DNA of 20,433 nucleotides from an uncultured virus (IMG/VR IMGVR_UViG_3300035520_001855) (taxonomy: Duplodnaviria; Heunggongvirae; Uroviricota; Caudoviricetes). A program made the position numbers and the translations under genes. Below, in pieces: positions 9,801 to 19,439 of this stretch. The number at the start of each line of letters is the position of its first letter. Within the stretch, counting starts at the first letter, position 1. The DNA lies in IMG/VR virus record IMGVR_UViG_3300035520_001855. One strand, 5' to 3'. A model generated the notes under the pieces. It did not search any database and was not told where the DNA came from. It saw nothing but the letters and a program-made list of their open reading frames with translations.

Positions 9801-12611
9801 ACAGTTTAAAATAATTACTAGAGTTAGATAAAACTTCAAGACTTTTTGAATTATGTAATCATCCCATAAAGTGTCAATTTCAAATAAATGATTTGAAATT
9901 GAAGCTGTCTGATTGCCAGAACCAACAATATTGTTGTAAGTATAACTCAGTTTCATTGTAGCAATTTTAGTTAAAGATTCACCTAAATGGTTCAACATAT
10001 AAGCCATATTCTTGATGATTGATGTAGCATCTTCTTTAACTTCTTCAGAAGAGTCACCTTCAAGATCTTCTGCAGAAGAACCATCACCTACTGTGAAAGT
10101 TATACCAACACCTCTAATAAAAGCATACAAGTAGGTCTCTGATGTTGTTGTTGAACCTGCTTGTACCGTGTTAGGTCCCTTAAATCTACCTGCTAAAGCA
10201 ATCTTCATATCTGTTGTTAAAGAGCCATCAGCACTACCATATGCACAGTAGTTTTGTAAAATCTTTGCACCATTTTCCTCAGTAAAAACTATTGCTATTG
10301 TTGCTGGTAAAAAGATTGACACATCAAAGCCTTGGTCAGTAGTTGATAACCTTTCCATCCAGTTTGTGCTATTTACCTTATTACCTTTGAAATCCTCCAA
10401 GTAAGGTGAAGTGGCTGCATTACCATATGTCATCTGAAAAATTGATACACTATTACCATCTTCATCTGACAACTTAACTTCTTTAAGATACGGCCACGAA
10501 TAATGAATACCTTTATATGTTAAGCTTGATATATACTCTGTGCCAAGACCACAAGCCAACACATTTATTGATGTATTTTCCCAGCTCTTACACATAGCTG
10601 CTTGCACAAAAGTGTAAATTTGAAATGTATGTTTATTTAACCCTAGAAATCCTGTACTCTTAGCATATCGCACATTACTAGGTGTTGTATTATTTGAACT
10701 ACTACTACCAAACATCATTTGATATACAGCGCCCGTTTGACCATTGTTTGTATTGGTTGTACCATCATCATTATAATTAAGACTATCATAAGTGTAACCA
10801 TTACCATATACTAACTGTGCAAAATTTAAAGCATTGTCATATTTGGTACCAGTTGGCCAGATATTGTCACTTTTCTTATAAGCTGAACCATTCATTAAAT
10901 TATATAAGTCCTTGTAATTTCCAATAACCTTACCATCTGAATCCACTAAACTTGTGATGATAGTTTGATTTTCAGTAGCTAAAGAATCACCAAGACTAAG
11001 TAAATCTTTTTTAGTTACTTTCTTAACACCATCTGCGTCATCAGAATACTTACTTAAAAATGAGTCAACTTGCAAATTATTATAACTTGCTAAAATAAAC
11101 CTGTTAGTAAACAAATAATTTCCACCACAGAAATATGGATTTGCCATAGCAGGTAATACAACAGTTTCATTTACTGATGTATCACTACTTGAAATTACTA
11201 TGTTACCATACATATCAATAGCCAACTGTGCATTTGCAACTTTTGCTAAGTTAGACATTGTATCCTGAAATACGGTCTGAACACCATCATAATACAAATA
11301 AGTTATTATGGAAGGTTGATAAACCCCGACTTTCTTTTTTGTGTAATAGTCTTCTCGTAACTCTGTGTTGTCTATACACTCATACGATGTTTTGCCATCA
11401 TCTTCTGGTGGATTTGTTTTTGTATAATTATAATCATAATAATTTATATAAAGTGAGTAACCATCATCTAATGTGAACAGGTCTTTAACTGTTGCTCGAG
11501 TTGTTGAAGAATCTTCATCTGCTACTGAACCTTTGTATAATGGTACTGTCATATATTCAAATGGTTTCTGAAGTGTTACATTAATCATACCACTCTTATC
11601 ACCAGCGTCACCTAAAAATACATCTTTAATATAACCTGTGTTTAATAATTGTGTTACTGTATCTAATCCTGGTCTAAGATAATTACCTAGCACCATATTT
11701 TGTTTGAATGCTGTTTCAAAATCCTGATCAGCGTAGTTAGAGTTCTGGAATCTCTCATAAATGAGCAATGATTCCCACTCATCTTCTTCCTCAGCTTTTG
11801 CTACTGTTGAACCATTTGTTGAGCTTTCTGAATCCCCACTTGACTGTTCGCCATTTGATGCTGCTAAAATCTTTTCTGCAAATTCTCTTTCATTATCCGA
11901 GGAAAGTGTCATATTGCCATCATCATCAAAGTCATCATATGGTACTGTAGCACCATCTTTGGAACTTAAGAAATTTTTAGTGAATTTAAACTGCATAGCA
12001 GAATTACTTGAATCATTGATAGCTACATATTTTCCTACCCCTTCGAACGGTGATGGAGTGTAAGCATAAACAGATATACTAGCTTCTCTGTTACTAGCAT
12101 CACTGAGGAAATCAGTCATATTGTTTTTCTCTGTTTCATCGGTCACTTCAGTTAATGCATTAGCTGTCCAAGCTATAGTATTCAAACTATCACTTGCATT
12201 TATAGTTGTTTTGTACATCCTACATGCACTAGTACTAGTATTTTTATATAATCTATATGCAGAACCATCTGAAAGTATATAGTCTTGCAACACATTATAC
12301 TTTACTTCTGCATTCTCTGAACCGTCCTCACAAAAAAAGTTATCTGATGCAGCAATAGATTCTGCAACTCCCAGGTCTGCAGAATACGGATACATTCTAA
12401 CTATGTAAGTTACACCATCTAAAGATGATGTGTCATCACTAGTATCAGATGAATCTGATGTATCGGTTGATGAATCAGTCGTATTAGCTGTGCTTGTGTC
12501 TGGTAATTCAGCACAAAGCTGGATTGGTGTCATAGATATAATTGTCTGACACACTAGAAACATTGCTAAAATCTTTTTTAGTATTAGTGAGTGTTTTCGT
12601 TTTATTATCAT
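6810..12611 (-). CDS. Giant signal-peptide polytopic membrane protein (1933 aa), extended VirB6/TcpH-like channel or adhesin candidate
   Basis: Signal peptide (MIIKRKHSLILKKILAMFLVCQTIISMTPIQLCA-E); ~900-aa Ser/Thr/Asp/Tyr-rich region; TM pair at about 9660-9840; second large soluble region; TM cluster at about 8070-8430; acidic low-complexity tail. The VirB6 label is from architecture and context. Confidence 0.6.
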   Translation of the reverse strand: MIIKRKHSLILKKILAMFLVCQTIISMTPIQLCAELPDTSTANTTDSSTDTSDSSDTSDDTSSLDGVTYIVRMYPYSADLGVAESIAASDNFFCEDGSENAEVKYNVLQDYILSDGSAYRLYKNTSTSACRMYKTTINASDSLNTIAWTANALTEVTDETEKNNMTDFLSDASNREASISVYAYTPSPFEGVGKYVAINDSSNSAMQFKFTKNFLSSKDGATVPYDDFDDDGNMTLSSDNEREFAEKILAASNGEQSSGDSESSTNGSTVAKAEEEDEWESLLIYERFQNSNYADQDFETAFKQNMVLGNYLRPGLDTVTQLLNTGYIKDVFLGDAGDKSGMINVTLQKPFEYMTVPLYKGSVADEDSSTTRATVKDLFTLDDGYSLYINYYDYNYTKTNPPEDDGKTSYECIDNTELREDYYTKKKVGVYQPSIITYLYYDGVQTVFQDTMSNLAKVANAQLAIDMYGNIVISSSDTSVNETVVLPAMANPYFCGGNYLFTNRFILASYNNLQVDSFLSKYSDDADGVKKVTKKDLLSLGDSLATENQTIITSLVDSDGKVIGNYKDLYNLMNGSAYKKSDNIWPTGTKYDNALNFAQLVYGNGYTYDSLNYNDDGTTNTNNGQTGAVYQMMFGSSSSNNTTPSNVRYAKSTGFLGLNKHTFQIYTFVQAAMCKSWENTSINVLACGLGTEYISSLTYKGIHYSWPYLKEVKLSDEDGNSVSIFQMTYGNAATSPYLEDFKGNKVNSTNWMERLSTTDQGFDVSIFLPATIAIVFTEENGAKILQNYCAYGSADGSLTTDMKIALAGRFKGPNTVQAGSTTTSETYLYAFIRGVGITFTVGDGSSAEDLEGDSSEEVKEDATSIIKNMAYMLNHLGESLTKIATMKLSYTYNNIVGSGNQTASISNHLFEIDTLWDDYIIQKVLKFYLTLVIILNCLWLLIRVIPLFGSQEFELSNYFKSWCKAVAISLVPVVIFVAYISINNWCVSKYMRNTMNYWTSIQLENINKQTTDEQAASAALANFLAQTVNADVSQTYATVGIIDSNATKDTDGYYEISTKTLNELVGGGNLARGAIASNQSGVQSSVVKGRLMVNAGTDDTHTNYYTESLFYYFYDVMRAHYYMYYTENSSNAVNLISSDDGTFSDTEKGMTSTTNTVLQMINDPVFLYGQSWLNNGAKIGDFTEASSGDIAKLKVQDICGLTDLFSGDASSDKCDVAYHSTIENAIWYQLLSESPAAQGSYTEGSGLNSTTVEFSYFDPDYYGKENCNAGSTTYKKVIFGAECLYPATDYQPTTVEYALNIVNKEVATDLLKLNDYYNMSDETIMQLAAFTMTMDFNRIMNSTFRPSQKLQPQVYDGDSYTLDTVMRSFFAKSNTQLSNLYSTDIMTLVEDKGGIISQILVILCAVAATLVGLTRYIVLLFILIFSMVVFMVVYNVARDFYSRAVMGLGCIYILQLAFFNILMLVIAMLCVPSEATIVRSVFQNYVGLVKLIALLIIFCCEIVALGWLASFAVRNFWELGGDIVEAKINELKSNFLDLVAKGKAKFTGQDGNVELNADNATINNENATEESTQINEEDALNQNDTGADTDVNRAREAAGAAVATDEVITGNDSEQTGEDNTAEEVQAEEARTEANNVTNNNEVGEQIVEADVNVNESEDTFSESDTALFDSEQVENLNTKVDEINSKSDDIQESSELAYVSADDAKNSVGDLQEDVTATYDSAQDTNKRTDSIQEGVADTMVHTEDTNKKVGSIQEGTIDTLLDTDTIKSNVSDIQSNSSMQSATLNDIQDSSLDTYMNTDEILTEVSGTKSTSTNKKPAQSTTSYIDNDVQQAMSKTVTTFVDSDNSRNVTNTTPEIVVTSQGKDITENVSVNDITVANKPTEADNKSKDTIVNVPDDVKSAMNTPLKFSTDDNKVSAKSNTNSGNEQNNKK
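7200..7575 (-). repeat. Degenerate 21-aa (63-bp) tandem repeat, about 5-6 units, in the tail of the 1933-aa protein
   Basis: KVDEINSKSDDIQESSELAYV / SADDAKNSVGDLQEDVTATYD / SAQDTNKRTDSIQEGVADTMV / HTEDTNKKVGSIQEGTIDTLL / DTDTIKSNVSDIQ...; DNA motif tgaatacta recurs 63 bp apart (7348, 7411). Confidence 0.8.
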
Positions 12612-12613
12612 TT

Positions 12614-12880
12614 CTACCTCACCCTACCTTCATGTTTGAATGTCTTTATGTTTAAGAAATTATCATCTCCTAAATCCAGCTCATCTTTTGTTATTAGTGT
12701 TCCATAAAAATCTACAAACACAACTGGTTCAATTGTTAATGGTTTGTCTGCTAAATTGCCCCTAATCTCATACATGTACTTACCTTTTGGAATTGTGCTG
12801 CGTTTGATTCGGTTGCGCTGTAGTTCCATGTAATTTCCATTAACTAAAACAAGTTCTGAATTGCTACAAATATATTCCAT
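12614..12880 (-). CDS. LPD28-like (large polyvalent protein-associated domain 28) small protein, 88 aa
   Basis: RIKRSTIPKGKYMYEIRG...PLTIEPVVFVDFYGTLIT matches my recollection of the LPD28 consensus (R-x-R-x-T-x-P-x-G-x-Y-x-Y-x-I-R...P-x-TIE-x-x-V-x-V-N-x-x-GT-x-IT); AAGGAGG RBS. Confidence 0.7.
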   Translation of the reverse strand: MEYICSNSELVLVNGNYMELQRNRIKRSTIPKGKYMYEIRGNLADKPLTIEPVVFVDFYGTLITKDELDLGDDNFLNIKTFKHEGRVR

Positions 12881-12901
12881 AATTAATCCTCCTTATTTGT
12901 T

Positions 12902-12978
12902 TGGTGATTTAATTTAATATATAGCACTTTGATATATACTAAATTAAATCACCATACACTTTGAATGTATGGTGATTT
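12902..12978 (-). promoter_or_regulatory. Two overlapping, mutually exclusive inverted repeats upstream of the LPD28-like gene
   Basis: 22-bp arms 12902-12923 / 12933-12954 (one mismatch, a G-U pair on the minus strand); perfect 13-bp arms 12946-12958 / 12966-12978; CACTTTGA at 12925 and 12957. Confidence 0.75.
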
Positions 12979-13003
12979 TAAGTTGAATTTTTTGTTACTT
13001 AAA

Positions 13004-13753
13004 TTAAGCGATTGACATAATACCTTCAAGGATTGAGTAAAGCAAGTTGAAGAGAACCACAACAATCTTTCCTAAAACACCTGTGAAGAACATCATGATA
13101 AAGAGTATGAAAGCGACAAACTCACCTGTTCTTGATGAGATGTAGGTTACAAGGCATGAACCTGTACCACGGTCTCCACCCCCACCAAGTCCACCGCCAC
13201 CGCTTCTTCCATTAACGGCTTCAACAGCTGCATCGGAGATAGTTTTTAATCCGCCTCCGTTGCCACCACCCATCTCGCTTTTTTCTTTACCTTTCATTAG
13301 TAAAGGTCGAACCATTGGTACAGTAATGTATGCTAAGTCAAGTGCTGTTGTCATAAAGAACATATAGCTTATAATACAAACAACACCTACAGCAATAACC
13401 ATAATAACTCTAACAAATGGTTTAGCAATTGCTAAACCAGATTGTAAGTTTGTACCACTCCAAACATCTGTTGAAAATATACTTGCTAAAGTATTTTGTC
13501 CTGAGTCCTTAGATACTGTATCTGATCCTCCAGTATTAACGCTGGTATTACTAGATTGAGTTACAGGTTCACTCTTAAATGGTCCTGTTTTTGAATCAGC
13601 GTTAGTTGAAGTGTTACTACTACCACCAGTGTCTGGGTCAGTGGCTGTGACTGCTACTGGTGCAAGACTGAGTATAAGTATCCAAATAAGAGCAAATACT
13701 TTCAGTCGTTGCTTAAATTGATTTATTTTAAGCTTTTGTGATAATGTGTACAT
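13004..13753 (-). CDS. Signal-peptide membrane protein, VirB2/pilin-like candidate (249 aa), paralog of 14666-15385
   Basis: Signal peptide ending APVAVTA-TD; Ser/Thr linker; long hydrophobic segment to ALDLAYITVPMVR; Gly-rich loop; second hydrophobic segment; AGGAGG RBS. Confidence 0.6.
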   Translation of the reverse strand: MYTLSQKLKINQFKQRLKVFALIWILILSLAPVAVTATDPDTGGSSNTSTNADSKTGPFKSEPVTQSSNTSVNTGGSDTVSKDSGQNTLASIFSTDVWSGTNLQSGLAIAKPFVRVIMVIAVGVVCIISYMFFMTTALDLAYITVPMVRPLLMKGKEKSEMGGGNGGGLKTISDAAVEAVNGRSGGGGLGGGGDRGTGSCLVTYISSRTGEFVAFILFIMMFFTGVLGKIVVVLFNLLYSILEGIMSIA

Positions 13754-13754
13754 A

Positions 13755-14216
13755 CTATCTTCCTCCTCCTAAATTACGTATTAACTTTATTACAAACAAT
13801 AAAATCCACTGTATTAAATCCTTTATGTAACCGAACATGACAAGAAATATAATACCATGAGCTAAAACAAATATACCAATTAAATGTTTAGCATCTACTT
13901 GATCTGCTGATATTTTTCCAAAAGTGAGAATCTTGAAAAATGATATTTTCCATGTTCCTAAAGGATGGCTATGCTCCAACCACCATGCAAATATGATGAA
14001 ATAAACATAAATCATCATCAGTATGCATATTGCATAAAGAACTGCTATGAAAAGAGTTGCTAAGTTTACACTAGTTGTGGAACTCACCATAGTTGCAACA
14101 TCAATCCCATCGTTAGATATTGATGAATACTCCAAAGCTTCTTCTGATGAAAGTTCAGTCATCTCACCGGAATAAGTGAAACTACCTAAAATTGCTAATG
14201 AGTGAAAAGGTATCAT
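13755..14216 (-). CDS. Small membrane protein with two long hydrophobic segments (153 aa); possible distant pilin-like paralog
   Basis: LATLFIAVLYAICILMMIYVYFIIFAWW and LIGIFVLAHGIIFLVMFGYIKDLIQWIL; ATGA overlap with the upstream gene. Confidence 0.65.
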   Translation of the reverse strand: MIPFHSLAILGSFTYSGEMTELSSEEALEYSSISNDGIDVATMVSSTTSVNLATLFIAVLYAICILMMIYVYFIIFAWWLEHSHPLGTWKISFFKILTFGKISADQVDAKHLIGIFVLAHGIIFLVMFGYIKDLIQWILLFVIKLIRNLGGGR

Positions 14217-14653
14217 ATTACAACACCTTCCTTAGCAACAATAAGAAACTCTGTTGGTCCTATTTGTTGAACACCAACATCCATCTCTTTAATGACCGAT
14301 AAGAAATCTCCCATATATTCTTCAGGTACAGTTAGCTTTGCAACTTGTTGATTAAGCAGTGTATCAGATATCTGTCTTTCAATATTTCGTCTGATACGAT
14401 TCTGCTCTTTTGTTACAAGACGAACATTTTGCTTGGCAATTAACTCCTGTTTATTTTGTTGCACAACTTTAGATGCTCGTGAGAAACAACTTATCAAATA
14501 CATCGGTCCACCTATAATTGGAATCTTTAAATACTTCAAGCCTGGGTCATCACCACTGAGTTGTGAGTGGACTTTCTGTGCATGTTTCTTTCCCATGTTA
14601 TCAGCCAGATCAGATAAATAAACATGTATATCAAAATTTTTCTTTTTCGCCAT
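14213..14653 (-). CDS. Hypothetical protein (146 aa)
   Basis: AAGGCGGTGA RBS; 4-nt overlap with the downstream gene. Confidence 0.75.
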   Translation of the reverse strand: MAKKKNFDIHVYLSDLADNMGKKHAQKVHSQLSGDDPGLKYLKIPIIGGPMYLISCFSRASKVVQQNKQELIAKQNVRLVTKEQNRIRRNIERQISDTLLNQQVAKLTVPEEYMGDFLSVIKEMDVGVQQIGPTEFLIVAKEGVVI

Positions 14654-14665
14654 AGGCTCACCGCC

Positions 14666-15385
14666 TTAGTTTAGAAATGTCATAGCTTGAGTAATGCAAG
14701 AGAATATTAATTCTACAACTTTAAGTATTATTGCATAGCCATAAGGTGTTAATAAGATACCTATGGTCACAAGACAAACTACTAGAGTAACAGAACGCAA
14801 CTTCAGATACTTTAAAAACATAGCCGAAAGACCCTCGCCTTTTCCGCCTCCTGAGCCACCGTCCATTCCTCCTGAGCCACCTTTAAGAACAGCTAAACAG
14901 TCCTCTGAAACCTGTAGCAAGACTTTTTTGTTTCCGGTACCTTCCATACCACCACCAGATGTTCCTGCACCAAATGTTCCTCTAATTGGTGGAATTGCTA
15001 TACAGGCTAATTCCAAACCTGTGTAAGCAATAATACATAAAGGTATTACTTTACCAAAGAAACCAATTATTGATGCAACTACTGGTGCCAGAGTTGCTGA
15101 TGTTGATACTGCCGAGCTACTTTCTAATGGGTTACCCATATCATTAAATAGATCACCATATGAACTTACAGGACTTGATGAATTTACTGATGTGCTTGTA
15201 CCACCCCCAGTACCTGTATCAACATTTGTGTTTGTACTTGTGTCAGTTTGAACTGCTGTTCCCACATTTCCTGCTACTGCTGTACCTGTATTTTGTACTT
15301 GATTATTATCAGCAAATACAGGTACAGCCACCATTGGTATGGCTATATATGCACATAATAATGCACATATTAGTTTTTTTCTCAT
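14666..15385 (-). CDS. Signal-peptide membrane protein, VirB2/pilin-like candidate (239 aa), paralog of 13004-13753
   Basis: Signal peptide ending AVPVFA-DN; Thr/Ser/Gly linker; GLELACIAIPPIR; Gly-rich loop; YLKLRSVTLVVCLVTIGILLTP; GGAGGTG RBS. Confidence 0.6.
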   Translation of the reverse strand: MRKKLICALLCAYIAIPMVAVPVFADNNQVQNTGTAVAGNVGTAVQTDTSTNTNVDTGTGGGTSTSVNSSSPVSSYGDLFNDMGNPLESSSAVSTSATLAPVVASIIGFFGKVIPLCIIAYTGLELACIAIPPIRGTFGAGTSGGGMEGTGNKKVLLQVSEDCLAVLKGGSGGMDGGSGGGKGEGLSAMFLKYLKLRSVTLVVCLVTIGILLTPYGYAIILKVVELIFSCITQAMTFLN

Positions 15386-15999
15386 AGGGAATACACCTCC
15401 ATATCTACTAAAATTCTTTTCCCATTGATATTGATTTGTCTGTACTGAACCCCTACCCTGTCAGTACTCAGTAACTTTTGTATACTACACATTGCTGTTG
15501 TATATCGACCATCTTCCAAATTGAGAGTTGCTAAACCAACATAAAGTAAATCTGATTGTTTTTGAAGTACTCGTGTTATTGTTGGCAATTCTCTATTTAA
15601 GATGATATATTCTTTCGGTAAAATGCTGTTATTATTTGACAATGGATTTATCTTCTCATCTTTATTATATTCTTCAATGTTTACATGAGTTTTTGGTATT
15701 CTTGATATTTCAAGAACATTTAAAGTGTCTTTACCTTGCTTTAGCTTCATATATGTACAATAAACATAGTCTGCTTCTGCAGCTGCAAGAAACTCATAAT
15801 ATTTGCAAGGGATAATATACTCATTTACATTATCAGTCAGCTCAAGATAAAAATAAGCCATTCCTTTATCTATAGATAGATTACAATAACGAGATTTTAC
15901 TAAAAGTTTTAATTGCGTTGACTCATAATTTTTATCAATTCCAAATATCGAATTTGGATTGTATTGAAGTGGGTCACGCATTTTTATTTGTACACTCAT
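15382..15999 (-). CDS. Hypothetical beta-rich cytoplasmic protein (205 aa)
   Basis: ATGA overlaps at both ends; GAGGTGG/GGAG upstream. Confidence 0.75.
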   Translation of the reverse strand: MSVQIKMRDPLQYNPNSIFGIDKNYESTQLKLLVKSRYCNLSIDKGMAYFYLELTDNVNEYIIPCKYYEFLAAAEADYVYCTYMKLKQGKDTLNVLEISRIPKTHVNIEEYNKDEKINPLSNNNSILPKEYIILNRELPTITRVLQKQSDLLYVGLATLNLEDGRYTTAMCSIQKLLSTDRVGVQYRQININGKRILVDMEVYSL

Positions 16000-16943
16000 T
16001 CTCCAACCACCTCGCCTAATGCAAAGTTTGTGCTATAATGTTGCTCATTAAAAACAACGTCATTATAATACACAGTAATCACCTGTCCATCGGTCACAGA
16101 ATTGTAAATTTCTGGCTGAACAAATATTTTTACAGGTACTTTATTTTTTGTTGTTGTGCCTGAGATTACTGCATATATTGAATCGTCCCAAGTGACTAAA
16201 TGTTTTGTTAAAATTAAATAGTCAGTTTGAGTTGTCTTGTCAACCACAAGGGATTCTGCATTATACAAGCCAACGTTCAATTGATTATTGATTGATGGAG
16301 ATTCAATTGTTGCATTTGGATCTTGTTCATTTGTTTCAACTGTATTATCGCCTGAACTTGCATTTGATCCCTTCTTGCTGTGTACAGCAAATGCTAAACT
16401 AGATACAATGATTATGGCAACTACTGCAATGAGAATATTTTTAGTTAAATCTTTAAACTTCACTTGTTCGTCATCGGATTCTTCAACCTCTTCTTCACTT
16501 ATAAGTGAAGATAAATCTTCAGATTGTTGGTTTTCCATATTCATATCCATTGTGCCAAGCTTCTCTAAATCCTCCTCATCATCTTCGAAAGATAGTAAGT
16601 CCTCTGGATTTATTGAAACACTATTCAAATCAGGTGTACTTGGTTTAGGTTTGTTAGGTTGTGATAAATCAACATTTTGGTGTCTCTGAGTTAATTTTGA
16701 AAGAATGTCAGCTGCATCTGATGTTGATTTCTGCTTTGCTTGTGATGCTGTGTCATTATTAAATGTCTTATTAATTGTCCTATTTAAATCATCATCAAGT
16801 ATGTCAGAATTATCATATTCTGCAATCTTTGAAGAAATTGTTGGTTCATTAATGTCAGCAAAATCATCTAATGTGCCACCTAAAAAATCTTCTAAAGATG
16901 TGTCAAGTATGTTTTCATTATTATGATTTGAATCTTCTGGCAT
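15996..16943 (-). CDS. Bitopic membrane protein: acidic N-terminus, one TM helix, C-terminal beta-domain (315 aa)
   Basis: Asp/Glu-rich first ~165 aa; TM ILIAVVAIIIVSSLAFAV; C-terminal KIFVQPEIYNSVTDGQVITVYY. Confidence 0.8.
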   Translation of the reverse strand: MPEDSNHNNENILDTSLEDFLGGTLDDFADINEPTISSKIAEYDNSDILDDDLNRTINKTFNNDTASQAKQKSTSDAADILSKLTQRHQNVDLSQPNKPKPSTPDLNSVSINPEDLLSFEDDEEDLEKLGTMDMNMENQQSEDLSSLISEEEVEESDDEQVKFKDLTKNILIAVVAIIIVSSLAFAVHSKKGSNASSGDNTVETNEQDPNATIESPSINNQLNVGLYNAESLVVDKTTQTDYLILTKHLVTWDDSIYAVISGTTTKNKVPVKIFVQPEIYNSVTDGQVITVYYNDVVFNEQHYSTNFALGEVVGE

Positions 16944-16947
16944 AATA

Positions 16948-17481
16948 TCAACTCATTTCTGCAATACGTATTAGAATATCAAACACTTGGACAATATTTG
17001 TTGTGCTAATCCTGATGCCCTTAAATGGAGCGTATACACCTGCTATATGATCTACTGGTTGCACAATAGTTTCAATTAACTTACAATGCTGAATGCCCAT
17101 AGCTTTTGCTAAGTCAATTACCTTTGGAATCTGTACTGACCTGTCCCTAAAGCATAATGTGACTTTGATTATCTCTGGTTCATCAACTTCTACAATTACT
17201 GTGACACCGTTTCGCACCCTACTATAAAATGAGAAATATGCTACGCTGTTATATTCTGATACATTGTATCTGAAAAATGCTTGTGCGTTATCACCTTGAA
17301 CCTTGTATGATAGCACTTTTGTATACTTTGGTACATCATACCAGTATCTGCAAAACTCAGATATTAAATGCAGAATCTGTAATGATTCTGCGGCTGTTGT
17401 CTGCTTACGCAGATTATTAAACTTGTTTAAAATTTCTTCCCTTGTTACATGACTTTTAATTGGCGTAATCTCTTCAAACAT
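16948..17481 (-). CDS. Hypothetical protein (177 aa)
   Basis: Fits the operon tiling (2-4 nt gaps); AAGGTAAGGG upstream; no recognisable motif. Confidence 0.75.
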   Translation of the reverse strand: MFEEITPIKSHVTREEILNKFNNLRKQTTAAESLQILHLISEFCRYWYDVPKYTKVLSYKVQGDNAQAFFRYNVSEYNSVAYFSFYSRVRNGVTVIVEVDEPEIIKVTLCFRDRSVQIPKVIDLAKAMGIQHCKLIETIVQPVDHIAGVYAPFKGIRISTTNIVQVFDILIRIAEMS

Positions 17482-17483
17482 AA

Positions 17484-18489
<1,006 letters not shown>

Positions 18490-18506
<17 letters not shown>

Positions 18507-19419
18507 GTCCTTTCAGTTCGTTTAATACTTCCTTTGTTACACCCTCAATCACGTTATACACCACTACTTCATAATTCATGAATCTACGTTCGAGTAAATG
18601 TAATTTAGGTTCGTCTGAACAGTCTTTACAAATATAAACTATCTTATTTTCCCTATCTATTTTGTAAATAAAGAAGTCTGTTAATAAACTTAACATTTCT
18701 GAATTTAGTGGATAAATTCTTTCGATATTACATTTGCTTTTGGAGACCACTTCTTTTGATGTGACATGTGATAAAACCATGGCAGCCTGGTCCTCTGTCA
18801 AGAACTTTGCATCTCGTGCTGTCTGAACAAATCTCTTATGTTCACCAAATGTTTCTGCTTGTTCCATTAAAACATTGATTTTTTGTATCTGATCATCGGT
18901 TAAGAGATTATGCTCCTTACAGTAATTTTTTACTTTATAGCCACGTTGATCTGTATCCTTTAAACGCTGATTAAACTGAATAAATGAATTATCTATAACA
19001 ACTTGCTTTTTTTCTTCAGTATGTTTTTTATTTCCAAATAATTTACTGAAGAAACCTTGTTTCTTCTCTTGCATAGGTTCAGGCTCTTTTTTCTCAGGCA
19101 ATTTAATTGGAGTTAAATTATGCATTTCCTCATGAATAGCCTTATCATCTTCCTGAACTGGCTCACTAAATAAATTAGTTTCTACCTTTGGTTCTTCTAT
19201 TGGTTTTTTATATTTTAAATATGAGTGGAGTAATATTATCTCAAATCCCATGTCTTCCAACTCACTACAAGCTTCGTCATTTGTTTCATCTATCACAATC
19301 TTTTGTGGTTCAATAATTCCTAAAACACAATTTGTAAGAAAGTCATCTAAGTTTGTTATAATCTCATCATTTCCTAAATCATATTTCGAAGCTAGCTCTG
19401 GCTTAGTTATGATGAACAT
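18490..19419 (-). CDS. Protein with C-terminal PilB/GspE N-terminal-like module (MshEN-like helices plus T2SSE_N-like domain) and no ATPase domain (309 aa)
   Basis: NLLTDDQIQKI...AKFLTEDQAAMVLS tandem motif, then FFIYKIDRENKIVYICKDCSD...LLERRFMNYEVVVY...KEVLNEL; no Walker A; GAAAGGCGGTGA RBS. Confidence 0.55.
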
Positions 19420-19439
19420 TTAAGTCACCGCCTTTCTGA

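Noticed and set aside
12228..12239. Perfect 12-bp palindrome ACTAGTACTAGT
   Set aside because: It lies inside a CDS encoding TSTS and is expected by chance in AT-rich DNA.
6751..12992. Shared 14-mer AAAAATTCAA(G/C)TTA at 6751-6764 (+) and 12979-12992 (-) as a common operator
   Set aside because: 13/14 identity but extremely AT-rich, and I did not see it in the third gap; could be chance.
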